Translations under genes and position numbers: made by a program | The notes under the pieces: model-generated | Told to the model about the DNA's origin: nothing | Database searches by the model: none | The model's input: the letters and a program-made list of their open reading frames with translations, nothing else | In this document: one piece after another, positions 8,939-19,181 of the stretch | Layout of the letters: the number at the start of each line of letters is the position of its first letter | Position numbering within the stretch: position 1 is the stretch's first letter | Virus record (IMG/VR): IMGVR_UViG_3300046490_000096 | Location: 1-64,000 of that record | DNA length: 64,000 nucleotides | Strand: one strand, 5' to 3' | Origin: a virus | Taxonomy: Duplodnaviria; Caudoviricetes

Positions 8939-11194
8939 TCAGTACGATGTGAAGCACTTCAGCCGCCATACGTTGGCGGATAGATCAAGCCGAAACCAAA
9001 GGTCAGTGGGGCGCGCGAATTCAAGGTCCTGGTCATCCCCGGAATTCCAGGGAAGGACGAGGGGAAGAAAGGCAGTTCCATCGGGCGGGGTGGCAGCGTT
9101 GTGAACAACGATTGGGCTACCCGAGGAAGCGTTGACGAGGTGGACGCACACCTCTTTGAAATTTGGGATGGCCGTGCCGTCTGACCAGGTCTTGTTGATG
9201 CCGTAGAAATGGCCGTCGGTGATTGTGAACTCAACACAGTCAGCGTTACCGTCGTTGGATCCATCACCCAACCACAACCAGCCTCCACCCGAGTCGGTGG
9301 ATACAGACGGGGCGCTTGCCGAGGTTGGGTGACAGATTCCGTCCTTTCCATCACGCCCACTCAGGTCGTTGTGACGCCCGGTGGAGGTTCCGGCGCCAGG
9401 CATAGAGAATGGCACCTGTATCCACGTCCCGCGCGAAGCGCTGGTGTAGCGCAGATGCATCGTAATCGGGTTGGTCGAGTTGGTGCGGATGTAATACGCA
9501 AGGCGTAGTCGCTTCGTCGGGGCTAATGCATAGGTTGTGGCCAACGTCGTCGAGAATGCCGTCGCAATATCCACAGTGCTCGTGATCGGAACGCTGTCTG
9601 CAACGAGAATCTCCATGCTCCCGGTGTCGACGTCAATAAGACGTGCGCGCAGATTCGTCAAGCTACCAGGGGACGGCGAGCCCGAGATACGGACGGCCTC
9701 GGCTGCAAACTTGTAGAGGCCGGCCGCCATGTCCACGCCGGGGGTCCCTGCCAGAGACAAAAAACTGTCAGGGGGAAACTCGACCTCGACGTATCTCCCA
9801 TCGTAGCTCGCCGTGGTGACGATGTTTTCGGCAGTCTCCGAACTCGCCTTTTGGCTGGTAAGCTGTGGTCCCGTTAGGCAAGCGTAGGTCGTGGCCCAAG
9901 GGTAGGTTGGACCTGCCGTGAACGTCCAACTTTGTGCATCTACGCCTAGGTTCAGGCTGGGATTGTTCAGGCGCAGGAATCCCGTTCCGTATATGTTCCC
10001 CGTCCGCACCTGGAAGGTCATGTTCTGGACGAATTGCGACGAATAGGAGTAGTCGGGAGCGCGGTGCATGCGCGCGTAGGTCGAGACGAGGCGAAGGACA
10101 CCTGGAGGGTCGGGGTCTACGTGCAGCCACTGCGCCCCCACGTCATCGATCACCCACGGTCCCTGTAGCGGTTCCTCGTCTCCGTGCTCAGAGGAGTCGC
10201 CCTGGTAGTAGACCAGCACGGTTTGGCCAACAATCGACGAGGGGCTCCCGTCGGTCGGAGGCGTCGGGTCGACACCGTCGAACCAGGACGCTGGTAGTAG
10301 GCCGGTAACCGTGTTTTGGCGAACACCATGCGCGATTTCCGCGAACTCAGCGAGCATCGGGGTGTTGGTTTCGCGATCGTGCGGGCCAAGAAAGCAGCAC
10401 AGAAGATCGCCGCGGTTGTTCGGGTCGTCAATCTTGGCCGGGTAGAGTTTCGACCGTACCTCGGCAGGGTCTTGGCCAGCGTGCGAATGGTCTCCGTGCG
10501 AGACGAGGGGGGAAACGCCGGGATTGCTGCTGCCTATGGGGGTGGTAGGGGCGTCCCAAAACGAAATACCTCCGCCCGTCGAGGTGATCTGAACCTTCCG
10601 GACCCCACCGTCAACGACCACCTCCAGCGAGACGTTCGCGCCCGCCTTGAGTTTCGTATCGAGAAACGCTGGGGCAGAATCTGAAGTGTCCGCCTTCACG
10701 TCGTGCGCATCTGGCGTGCCGCCGCCGCCTATCAGCCCGAGCCAACGATCGAGCATCTTCGTCGACTCGCCAGCTACTAGGGGCTCGTGAGTGTCCTCGT
10801 CGCGTTCGAAGTACCCAAGCCTACGCAGGGGCAGGCCGTTGTAGGAAAGCCCGGGAGCCAGCCGCGCGAGCCCCACCCTGATGATCGTGTCAGTGGGAGT
10901 CCCGCCGTTCAGGGTGCAGTGGATAACGTAGGTCCCGTCCCGAATCATCCCCGAATCGTTGTCGACCGTGAAGCTACAGGTTGCCCCGGTGCCGAGAAGG
11001 CAAGGCTCCGGGCCCGGGCCGCCGGCCGACGAGCCCTCTGGCCTCCCCACGAGTTCCCAGCGGTACGAGGAGACGCCGATGTCGCTCGACAGGGCCAGGG
11101 AAACCACGTCCCCGATGGCCAAGTCCTGGCGCCACCCCACAATCGGGGTTACCCCGTTGCGAGTGCTGACAATCTTGACGTTCCCGAAGGCCAT
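8939..11194 (-). CDS. Putative tail fibre protein
   Basis: 751 aa; VKADTSDSAPAFLDTKLKAGANVSL fibre motif; follows the baseplate genes. Confidence 0.65.
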   Translation of the reverse strand: MAFGNVKIVSTRNGVTPIVGWRQDLAIGDVVSLALSSDIGVSSYRWELVGRPEGSSAGGPGPEPCLLGTGATCSFTVDNDSGMIRDGTYVIHCTLNGGTPTDTIIRVGLARLAPGLSYNGLPLRRLGYFERDEDTHEPLVAGESTKMLDRWLGLIGGGGTPDAHDVKADTSDSAPAFLDTKLKAGANVSLEVVVDGGVRKVQITSTGGGISFWDAPTTPIGSSNPGVSPLVSHGDHSHAGQDPAEVRSKLYPAKIDDPNNRGDLLCCFLGPHDRETNTPMLAEFAEIAHGVRQNTVTGLLPASWFDGVDPTPPTDGSPSSIVGQTVLVYYQGDSSEHGDEEPLQGPWVIDDVGAQWLHVDPDPPGVLRLVSTYARMHRAPDYSYSSQFVQNMTFQVRTGNIYGTGFLRLNNPSLNLGVDAQSWTFTAGPTYPWATTYACLTGPQLTSQKASSETAENIVTTASYDGRYVEVEFPPDSFLSLAGTPGVDMAAGLYKFAAEAVRISGSPSPGSLTNLRARLIDVDTGSMEILVADSVPITSTVDIATAFSTTLATTYALAPTKRLRLAYYIRTNSTNPITMHLRYTSASRGTWIQVPFSMPGAGTSTGRHNDLSGRDGKDGICHPTSASAPSVSTDSGGGWLWLGDGSNDGNADCVEFTITDGHFYGINKTWSDGTAIPNFKEVCVHLVNASSGSPIVVHNAATPPDGTAFLPLVLPWNSGDDQDLEFARPTDLWFRLDLSANVWRLKCFTSY

Positions 11195-11196
11195 GG

Positions 11197-12675
11197 TTAC
11201 CTCGCGAGACGGGGGATGTTCATGTTGAAGCCCTCACACCGAATGATCAATTGGTCAGGTGATACCAGATCTTTGTAGTACAGATTTTCCTGTGCAACAG
11301 TATCGATCCACTGTTCACCCGAAGATCCAGTGCCGAGAGTCGTGATGTTTCCAGTATCTGCCGAGGCGTTGGATATGCGTAGGAGCGTCGAGGCCGACCC
11401 GGATACAAGCAAGCGCACGCGCATAGCCGAGGAGGACGCTGGGACCGTCGGCATTGGAATGGCGGTGTAGCTTGACGCTGCGACCGTGACGGCTGGCTGC
11501 ACGTAGTTGTGCATCGTGGCGACCCTGATCCAGTCACCGTCGTAGAAGGACGGCACCATTGTGGTCAGGCCGGCATTGCGGAAGTATAGACCGACGTAGC
11601 AGCATGCCGCGCGTGGGAAGGTCCTGGGGGGGGGCGCGATTGCCAAGCTGGCCGTCGGGTATCCCATGGCATCCGGTGGGGTCAGACTCGCAATGAATGT
11701 CACGGGCAGCGGCGTCGATCCGTTGCTAACCATCTTGTAGTTGAGATGGGGGAAGTTCCTACCACCGCAAAGGTACAGATAGGCGGGGGCGTCATTGCCG
11801 ACTGGCGCGGCGACTGGGGGCGCCGCGAGATCCGAGTCCACCGTGACCCAACTCGATGGAGTCACCGCAAAGGTCAGAAGCTCGCCGTCGATGACCAAGC
11901 GATGTGGCTGGTTTGCCACCGTCGGAAGAATCGGCCCAGTGAAACCGGCGCCGACGAATGGAACGCATCCCTTGACGATTCCGTGCTGGCTGGTGCCTGG
12001 GAATTCGATGCTCCGCCACGCGCGCCGGACCGGGAGAAAGGCCGTAGAGTCGGATGCCAAGGGGGGCAGGTAGATTTCGAACAGAGCCAGAGCACCAGCA
12101 GGGACCGCGGGAGCAACGGGAGCAGCAGCAGCCGTTCCCACTACCACGCTGATCGCGGACACTGGGTTAGAAGTCTTGTAGACCGTCTGGGGAATCAGAG
12201 CACGCGTGACCGGGTCCACGAGGATATTCCGGCTCACGGGGTCGTCTAGCTCGTCCGCGGGGGTCGCGACTATCAGGCAAATCCTCGGGTTGGTCGCGTC
12301 TGGCGTTCCCGCCAAGGGCCAGGTAACCGTCTGTGCGGGCCAGCGCAAGACTTGGTTTCCAGAGATGTCCGGGCTGCTGGGCGTAGAGGGCAGAGTGCCC
12401 TCGCCTGCGCCAAGAGCCATATCGAACACGTGGGCGATACCTTCCAGAGACGGGACATTGGTCAGGCCCGACATGGGGGTAGCTTGCGCGAGTTTTCCGG
12501 CCGCACTGAAGTCGTCGAACGTGTTAAGGCCGGGGGTGTAGAAGTCCGCGCGTACGCCACGCGACTGGGCCACGTCCATCAGCTCGCGCCCGGCCAGGTT
12601 CCCGACTCGGTTGACGTCCGCCGACTCCGCGATCTCGCGGCTCGTAAAATTCACTCGTGAGGGTATGCCTGCCAT
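11197..12675 (-). CDS. Putative tail fibre/baseplate-associated protein
   Basis: 492 aa; PDATNPRICLIVA motif typical of fibre N-terminal regions; position in the operon. Confidence 0.55.
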   Translation of the reverse strand: MAGIPSRVNFTSREIAESADVNRVGNLAGRELMDVAQSRGVRADFYTPGLNTFDDFSAAGKLAQATPMSGLTNVPSLEGIAHVFDMALGAGEGTLPSTPSSPDISGNQVLRWPAQTVTWPLAGTPDATNPRICLIVATPADELDDPVSRNILVDPVTRALIPQTVYKTSNPVSAISVVVGTAAAAPVAPAVPAGALALFEIYLPPLASDSTAFLPVRRAWRSIEFPGTSQHGIVKGCVPFVGAGFTGPILPTVANQPHRLVIDGELLTFAVTPSSWVTVDSDLAAPPVAAPVGNDAPAYLYLCGGRNFPHLNYKMVSNGSTPLPVTFIASLTPPDAMGYPTASLAIAPPPRTFPRAACCYVGLYFRNAGLTTMVPSFYDGDWIRVATMHNYVQPAVTVAASSYTAIPMPTVPASSSAMRVRLLVSGSASTLLRISNASADTGNITTLGTGSSGEQWIDTVAQENLYYKDLVSPDQLIIRCEGFNMNIPRLAR

Positions 12676-12702
12676 GATGATGTCAACCTTTCCCTAAGCG
12701 TA

Positions 12703-14178
12703 TCAGAGAGTAACCTCGGTGGTCCAAAAGGTTCCGACCGCCCGCAGTGTAGCCGAAACCGAGCTGCGCACGATACAGGCAATCCCGATCACGCGCTGGG
12801 AGCGGTAGCCTATGCGCTCAAGCTCGAAGAGGCGCAGGGGCATCCCGTCGGTGCTCCAGTCCGAAATCACGAACGTGGAGTCCTCGAGTTCTATCCCGAC
12901 CATGAAGTCGTCGGTGGCCGGGTCGAGCCCACTCACGGTCACGAGTCCTTCCCGAAGCATCCACACCTTGCCAACGTCGGGAGTGACGATCCAAGCCGGG
13001 ACTCCCGTCGGAGACGACACGACCTCGGCGTTCGCGTCCACCCGTGTGCTGCACTCCACGAAGGTATCGAATTGCACCCCGCCGGCCTTCTTCGTCCGGG
13101 CTTGGGACTGCACCCCGAGAAGGGCCGTTTCGAGCGCAGGATGAAGGGGAACATCCATGTAGCCCCACGATGGGTCATCGAAGTAGCCGACGTCCCAGTA
13201 GAACAGGGAACCGTCGGGTTCATGAAGGACGCCGTCTATTTCGATCCGAAAGTAGGCCCGGCCTTCGCGCAAGTCCTGCATCTCGCACGTGCGAAACGGC
13301 AGCTTCGCCGGGACATCCACACCGAGCGGATCGTCGTAGAAGCTGTCGTCGTAGGCGAACGAATCGAAAAAACCAAGAGAGTATTCTGCCAGCAACCCAG
13401 CGCTCACCAGCGGATTCACCGGCTCGAGCAGGTACACGTCCGGGAGCTTCGAGTTCCTGGCCGAGCCATGGATGGCCGTGGCGACCGCAATCGGGCTTAC
13501 TGCGTCCGGGAAGAGGCGGATGCGCGCCCGGTACTCCTCGACGTCCTCGCTCGGTTCCCTACGCTGCCCGCGCTCGTTCCCATGCACAGAGAGCCAGTCG
13601 CTCGCTGCCTTCGTGATGAGCGTCGAACTGGCATAGCGCAGGGCATAGGCGAAGCTGAGAGTTCCCGGACCGAGCACAAGATTGACGGGTGTACCAGGGA
13701 CCACATAGTCGTAGAGCGCCGGTGACGCCGGGTCGACCACCATGAGATCGTCCACCTTCAAAAGCGAATCGAAGGCAGGGACAAAAGTGTTCACGAGTTC
13801 CGTGCTGCGGGCCGTCTCAAGGGGAATGTCGAAAGCAACCTGCAGATCTGACACCGAGGTGGGCTGAGCCACCACCAGCACGATCCCCTCGGCCGTCCGG
13901 AAGGCATAGCCGCGAGGGATGTCGATGAAGGTCCCGCCCGACCTGCGAGTCACGGACAGAACGCACACTCCAGGCCTGCCACCCGGCGCAGTCGAGATCG
14001 CGCAAGCGTCGACTTGGTCTTGCAGGGCTTGGCTAGTAGACGCAGCGATAGCGGTCCGGGCATTGATGATGGCCGTTCCGTCGGGGCCGGAGAGTTCCGC
14101 GGAAAGCCAAGCAGAATCAGAAGTGCGTCGAAGCAAATCTAACCCTTGCGCCTGCGTAAGAGGACCGCTCTCACTCAT
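12703..14178 (-). CDS. Baseplate wedge protein (second baseplate-J-like subunit)
   Basis: IPRGYAFRT and HGNERGQRREPSEDVEEYRARI motifs; directly downstream of baseplate J. Confidence 0.6.
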   Translation of the reverse strand: MSESGPLTQAQGLDLLRRTSDSAWLSAELSGPDGTAIINARTAIAASTSQALQDQVDACAISTAPGGRPGVCVLSVTRRSGGTFIDIPRGYAFRTAEGIVLVVAQPTSVSDLQVAFDIPLETARSTELVNTFVPAFDSLLKVDDLMVVDPASPALYDYVVPGTPVNLVLGPGTLSFAYALRYASSTLITKAASDWLSVHGNERGQRREPSEDVEEYRARIRLFPDAVSPIAVATAIHGSARNSKLPDVYLLEPVNPLVSAGLLAEYSLGFFDSFAYDDSFYDDPLGVDVPAKLPFRTCEMQDLREGRAYFRIEIDGVLHEPDGSLFYWDVGYFDDPSWGYMDVPLHPALETALLGVQSQARTKKAGGVQFDTFVECSTRVDANAEVVSSPTGVPAWIVTPDVGKVWMLREGLVTVSGLDPATDDFMVGIELEDSTFVISDWSTDGMPLRLFELERIGYRSQRVIGIACIVRSSVSATLRAVGTFWTTEVTL

Positions 14179-14227
14179 CGAAGACCTCGGACGATAGGTT
14201 GTTTTGGCGCTTCGGATTCCATGGATT

Positions 14228-14251
14228 GATCGTCACAAGTTGTGACTATCG
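14228..14251. promoter_or_regulatory. Palindromic operator-like site, copy 1 (gtcacaa-g-ttgtgac core)
   Basis: Intergenic; exact 24-bp reverse complement of 45747-45770. Confidence 0.6.
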
Positions 14252-14300
14252 TCTCGATGTGTAATTGAACAAAATCGACACGTTGCGAGTGAGTCATGTG

Positions 14301-15443
14301 TCAAGAGAAGGTGATCGAGGCAGGTTTAATACGGAGCATTTCAGTCGGACTTGAAGGAACGACGTCGGTCACGGGGAAGGCCAGGGAATTGTCGCGCACC
14401 ACCACGCCGGGCACGGACTTGGCGACAGCGATCAGCCCAGAGCGGTAGAGCGTTCCGGTGTTCGGTCCGGGAGGTAGGAAAGAGGCAAAGGCCACCGTGA
14501 CCGCCCGCACGCGCGCGACGGCCAGGGACTCGTCGAAGCCCGTGAGAACTCCTATGCTCCACGACACGGGCACGAAGGTGACTGTGCCACCCACGACCTG
14601 GACAGGGATGCCAGCGGCGCGGAATTCGATCAGCTTGTCGATGACGGACTGGATCATCACAGAGCTTGCGTTGCCGTTCCGATCTCCGATGACGAGCTGG
14701 ATGTAGGCCGCCGGGAAGCCGTTGTTCGGGTTGAGTACCTCGCTTGCCGTGGCCACCGCCACGCCTTCGACCTGTAGAGCTCCAAACTCGATGGCCCCGA
14801 TGACCCCCCTGCGTAGGGTGGGGAAGAAACCTCGAGTGCGTCCGATGAACTGGATGTCCGACTCGTCTTCGGTGCCACCGGCCGCGCCCACCGGGGTGCC
14901 GGTCAGATCTAGCGCGGGAGACACGATCAAGGTGGTGTCGGCCGGCTGGTCTACGAACGCGAGCAGCGTGTTGCCTGGAAGGTTTCCCGCCTCCCCCGGC
15001 TGCAGGGCGGTCACGGATACGGTCACGGTCGTGTCGAAATCACCCAGGACGGCATCGGCGTTGGTCCCGAACTGCGTGCCATCCGGAGCTGTGATGCGCG
15101 ATCCAGCGTCGTAGGTGAGGGAAAATGCCACCCCTGGAAGGGGGCGCGAGAGGGACACGTCCCACGTCGCAGGGGTGGCCGAGAAGCGTAGAAGTCCAGT
15201 CCGATCGAAACATACTCTATCGAGAGCGCTGCCCCGGGCGCTGTCAATAAAAGCGCCTCTCATCGCATTTGCGCCCCTGGCGATGATTTCCTGGCCAAGG
15301 ATGGCGGACGTGCCAATGGCGATGTTGATATTCGAACCTGGAACATCCGCGGTGGCGGGATTGAGCTTCGTATTCGGGGTGGTCACCACGGCACGACGCC
15401 CGACGCTAAAAAGTTCGGACGCAGTGGGGTACATGCTGCTCAT
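14301..15443 (-). CDS. Baseplate J-like protein
   Basis: ARGSALDR, VTALQPGEAGNL, GGTEDESD and ALQVEGV motifs. Confidence 0.9.
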   Translation of the reverse strand: MSSMYPTASELFSVGRRAVVTTPNTKLNPATADVPGSNINIAIGTSAILGQEIIARGANAMRGAFIDSARGSALDRVCFDRTGLLRFSATPATWDVSLSRPLPGVAFSLTYDAGSRITAPDGTQFGTNADAVLGDFDTTVTVSVTALQPGEAGNLPGNTLLAFVDQPADTTLIVSPALDLTGTPVGAAGGTEDESDIQFIGRTRGFFPTLRRGVIGAIEFGALQVEGVAVATASEVLNPNNGFPAAYIQLVIGDRNGNASSVMIQSVIDKLIEFRAAGIPVQVVGGTVTFVPVSWSIGVLTGFDESLAVARVRAVTVAFASFLPPGPNTGTLYRSGLIAVAKSVPGVVVRDNSLAFPVTDVVPSSPTEMLRIKPASITFS

Positions 15444-15455
15444 TGGGCGATCCTA

Positions 15456-16205
15456 TCAGGAAGTGCTGCCGTTTACCGTCAAGCTGAACGTCTGCTCTGC
15501 CTTGGTGCGCACGCGAAGCTCGACGGTCACCAACCCGCGCGCATCCAAGGACACTTTGGTGGCAGCGTCCCGCACGTCCGGCTCGGACTTGAGCTGTTGG
15601 GCCAGGTCGTTCTTGAGCGCGCCCACCCGGTTGGTGGTCATGGGAATCTTGGGCTGAAACCCCGTGCCGTACCCTGGCAGGTGGGCGAAGGCGTTTTTCA
15701 TGGTCGTGGTCCGCCGGAGGCAGCGGAGCTTCGTGCTCGGGATGCCGGTCACGTTCTCGATGTCCCCGTTGGAAACGGTGAGCCCGGTGGAACCGCTGTT
15801 GAAGTCCGTGACCCCCTGATTGGACTGCGCCTGCCTTCGCCTCTGTGCCCTGGCCGCCCCGATGAACGTCACCGAGTAGGGTGGAGCCAGCAGGTCGCCA
15901 TCGAAGGCCACGATGCGCGCGGCCACGAGGAGGCTGTAGGACAGTCCGATCACGAGAGAGCGGTCGGTCTGAATGTCGACGCCGACCTCGCCAGGGTTCA
16001 GGACCCCGTAGGCTGGATAGGCGACCTTGCCAAGAGTGCCGACGCAGAGGGGAGTCTTCCCCGTGCCCACGGTGATCGCCAGGGTGTAGTTGGCCCCGTT
16101 CAGTCCGTCATCGTTGGCAGCCGCCGAGCGAGTCTTTGGCGCCTTGTCAAAGACGGCTCGGACCACTTGCCCGCCGACCGCGATGGCTCTGACGATTCGG
16201 ATCAC
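15456..16205 (-). CDS. Baseplate wedge protein with C-terminal gp25/gpW-like domain
   Basis: GTG start overlapping the upstream stop; LPGYGTG..QQLKSEPDV..VELRVRT motif. Confidence 0.7.
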   Translation of the reverse strand: MIRIVRAIAVGGQVVRAVFDKAPKTRSAAANDDGLNGANYTLAITVGTGKTPLCVGTLGKVAYPAYGVLNPGEVGVDIQTDRSLVIGLSYSLLVAARIVAFDGDLLAPPYSVTFIGAARAQRRRQAQSNQGVTDFNSGSTGLTVSNGDIENVTGIPSTKLRCLRRTTTMKNAFAHLPGYGTGFQPKIPMTTNRVGALKNDLAQQLKSEPDVRDAATKVSLDARGLVTVELRVRTKAEQTFSLTVNGSTS

Positions 16206-17686
16206 GGCAGACACCCCATCCCGGTAACATTGCCGAGAGAGGTGACCGCGGTAGTGGTGGCGGTGGCAGTGCCAGTGCCGGTCACAAAGTAGAACTTGCC
16301 CACCGCTGCGATTGGCTGTGACTTGGGGATGGGAGTTGTCCACGTCCCTTGCCCGCCGCCGCTCGGATAGACGATAGCTTGGCCCTCCGCAGGGGCGGTC
16401 GCGGGGTCAAGCATCGAGTAACTGGCGGTCGCGGCAGCTACGCCGTGGGTGACGGTGCCGGAGGTGGCGCCGTTGAGTGAAAATGTTAAACCTGTGTATA
16501 AAGGCGCGTAGATTGGAGCATCGGATACCACGGACGGTCCCAATTTTCGGTAGATGCCCGAGTAGTTGGTTGCGCATGCCCAGACTGTTCCTGTCAGGTA
16601 ATCGACGGCGATCCCTGTCCAGGAGAGCGAGGGTGCGCCTTGCCCATCCGCTGGCCATGTCGTTCCTCCTGCGCTCTTGTAGATGTTCCCGGAGTAGGCG
16701 ACAAACCACACGTCGCCAGTTGCTGGATCCACAGCGATGCCGTCACATATTCCACTAATAGATCCCTTCGCTGAAAAGGTTCCCGATCCGCCAGTGAGCT
16801 TGTAGATGATACCGGAATACGAGCATATCCAGACGTCGCCATTTGACCAATTGACCGAGACACCTGTCAAGGATATCCCGAGTGATGCCTTCAGTGTCCA
16901 CGCTCCAGTCCCGCCTGCGCTCTTGTAGATGTCGCCATCTGCGGTGACTGCCCATACGTCCCCGTTGGACGGATTGATGTTGAGGTCGTTCCAGGTCAGG
17001 GCGGGCGCGCCCTGGTCGTCAAAAGGACCCGTTCCACCCGCGCTTTTGAAGATGCCCACCCCTGAGACGACCGTCCACCTGTCGCCATTTGACCAATTGA
17101 CCGACACGCCTTTTCCACTGTGGGAAGCCGACGTCGGTCTCAATGGATTGGTTCCGCCTACGCTCTCGAAAATGTCTAGCCCGCTCGCCGCAAGTAGCAG
17201 GGTCTTGGTCACGGGGTCAACCGCGATGCTGTCCCACAGGTACGCCCCCACGCTCCAAGCCTCCCACGAGCCGGGAAGTGTTTGGTGCAGCTTCGAGGGT
17301 GTTAGCTTCGATTCCGACGCCCAGCGCGCTAAATAATTCGTAGTTCCTGTGCCGGTCTGAACGCTCGTTGGCAGCACCGAAACGTCCACCTTCGTGTCGC
17401 TGTCCAGGCACGGAATCCCGTTGGCCGTGTTGCTGCAAATGTCAGAGGGAACGATGGTCGATGTCGAGCAGGCGGCAATTGTGGCGCCGCTTGTGTTGGG
17501 AAGGTTGAGCGTGAATCCGGGCGTCTGCGAGCAAAGCAGCTTCTTCGTCGTCGCTCCTACGAACGCGCGCGCGCCGCCGGCCGCATCGTCGGTTTCCGGA
17601 GTAGTCGAGAATCCCCATGCGCCTGGGCCCAAGATCGCGAGTCCAAGGGCGAGGCCGAGGAGAAGGCTAAGAACGCGACTGTGCAT
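16202..17686 (-). CDS. Exported tail-fibre-like beta-propeller protein (diverged paralogue of 7135-8931)
   Basis: Signal peptide (GAWG-F); CLDSDTKVDVSVLP fibre motif; diverged GDVW..IYKSAGG blades. Confidence 0.7.
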   Translation of the reverse strand: MHSRVLSLLLGLALGLAILGPGAWGFSTTPETDDAAGGARAFVGATTKKLLCSQTPGFTLNLPNTSGATIAACSTSTIVPSDICSNTANGIPCLDSDTKVDVSVLPTSVQTGTGTTNYLARWASESKLTPSKLHQTLPGSWEAWSVGAYLWDSIAVDPVTKTLLLAASGLDIFESVGGTNPLRPTSASHSGKGVSVNWSNGDRWTVVSGVGIFKSAGGTGPFDDQGAPALTWNDLNINPSNGDVWAVTADGDIYKSAGGTGAWTLKASLGISLTGVSVNWSNGDVWICSYSGIIYKLTGGSGTFSAKGSISGICDGIAVDPATGDVWFVAYSGNIYKSAGGTTWPADGQGAPSLSWTGIAVDYLTGTVWACATNYSGIYRKLGPSVVSDAPIYAPLYTGLTFSLNGATSGTVTHGVAAATASYSMLDPATAPAEGQAIVYPSGGGQGTWTTPIPKSQPIAAVGKFYFVTGTGTATATTTAVTSLGNVTGMGCLP

Positions 17687-17693
17687 GGTTGTC

Positions 17694-18410
17694 CTATTGG
17701 GTAATGGTGAGAATTTGGAAGGCGAGCTTGGCCAGATCGTAGAAGCCGTCTATCGTCGCCGGCTCCGTGAGCGTCACGCTCTGGTCGGAGCCAGGGCGCG
17801 CCGGGGTGATGAAGGGGCGGGCCGTTCCCGGCAAAACCGCCATGCTCTCTATCGTGACGAGGTTGGTGGGCGAGCTGTCCACCAGAATGCGGAAGGGTGC
17901 GCCGTCCCCAAAGTTGGTCGAGTCGATGCCGGCCAATACTCCGCCGGTCACTACCACGCGGACAACATCGAACCCCGGAGGGAACACGACCACACCTGCG
18001 CCGGTGACCGCGCCGACGCCGATGTGCGCCGGGATGATGGGAGGCGGCGAAGGTGGAGTGGGGGCGGGCCCGACGTGAATCCTCGGCGACACCCTGGCCA
18101 CTCCGTTCTCAAGGCGGTAGACGCGAGTGGCGTCCGCAGGATCGTAGAGCTCGACGAGGTATTCGTAGCTTTCCAGCTCCGCGGCAGTTCTGCCACAAGC
18201 CGGGATGGCCAAGGTCTGGGCCGGGGTGAGGGTCAGGGCGATCTTCTCGCCAAGGCGGGCCGGGACCGTCACCGTGGGGGCCGCGAACACGTAGTCGCAC
18301 TTGCTGATGAAGGCTCGCCCGAGCAGGCTCGTGTAGTCCAGGTCGGTGGCAATGCTGCGCGACCAGGCGGCGCCTTGCTCGATGTAGGGATTGTAGGACG
18401 TGGCTGCCAT
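17694..18410 (-). CDS. Tail/baseplate adaptor (BppU/LtfC-like beta-sandwich)
   Basis: EQGAAW..LTLTPAQT..YEYLVEL..RLENGVARVSP pattern. Confidence 0.6.
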   Translation of the reverse strand: MAATSYNPYIEQGAAWSRSIATDLDYTSLLGRAFISKCDYVFAAPTVTVPARLGEKIALTLTPAQTLAIPACGRTAAELESYEYLVELYDPADATRVYRLENGVARVSPRIHVGPAPTPPSPPPIIPAHIGVGAVTGAGVVVFPPGFDVVRVVVTGGVLAGIDSTNFGDGAPFRILVDSSPTNLVTIESMAVLPGTARPFITPARPGSDQSVTLTEPATIDGFYDLAKLAFQILTITQ

Positions 18411-18422
18411 GGGTCGATCCTA

Positions 18423-19181
18423 TCATTTCTTCAGGTAGAGCGTATTGGACAGGAACCTGTTGGCAGCGGCGGACGACAGTTGAAACGCCGCCAGAGCCTT
18501 TCCGAAATCCGCGAATCCCGGAGCCAGGGGTGCCAAGGGGCCAGTGCACGCGGCCACGAGGGCAGCAACGGCGGTCGTCATGTCTTGCAGCATCGTGTCT
18601 TCGGCTTGCCGATAGCCCGTGCCCAGAACCCCCTGTTCGGAAGCGCTGCCGTCTCCCTGGAGAATCTTCGAGGCCACCGTGGTCACGGTCCCGGCCTGCT
18701 CGATCAGGACTTGAGCACCTCCGGCCGTCCGAATGTCAATGTCCCCCTTGCGCGCGTAGATGAGCCGACGCTTGTTGTCGAAAATCGGGACTCCCGAGGT
18801 CATCGGCTGCTTGTTCGAACGGCTGTGCACAATCGCGATGATGACCGGGGTCATGAGGTCGCCGTCCGGACACTCCACCACCACCTGATCGCCGGGGTGA
18901 ATCGGCGAGATGTCTGCCACCTCCCCACCTTGCCCCCAAACAGCGGTTACTTTCTGGCCGAGAGGTTCAAGGATGACGTCGCATTCTACTCCCTCCGGAC
19001 CTATCCAAACCGCGTGCGGGTCGGTGTAGTCGATCTCCCCGGAGTCGTCGACAGTGGCCACAGTGCCGCGACTAATCCAGTAGCGGGTGTCGAGACCTGG
19101 CGAGGCGAGGCCTTCCCGCATGGAAGCCGGGTCGAGCCCCCCGGTGGTGCGCGTGCCGAACCTGTGCGAAGAAGACTTCAC
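18423..19181 (-). CDS. Baseplate spike (gpV/gp138-like)
   Basis: OB-fold-like PIHPGDQVVVECPDGD; beta-helical IDIRTAGGAQVLIEQAG; position after the hub. Confidence 0.75.
   Translation of the reverse strand: MKSSSHRFGTRTTGGLDPASMREGLASPGLDTRYWISRGTVATVDDSGEIDYTDPHAVWIGPEGVECDVILEPLGQKVTAVWGQGGEVADISPIHPGDQVVVECPDGDLMTPVIIAIVHSRSNKQPMTSGVPIFDNKRRLIYARKGDIDIRTAGGAQVLIEQAGTVTTVASKILQGDGSASEQGVLGTGYRQAEDTMLQDMTTAVAALVAACTGPLAPLAPGFADFGKALAAFQLSSAAANRFLSNTLYLKK

Noticed and set aside
2292-11194. Diversity-generating retroelement targeting the fibres
   Set aside because: No reverse transcriptase and no adenine-specific TR/VR pair seen in the window.
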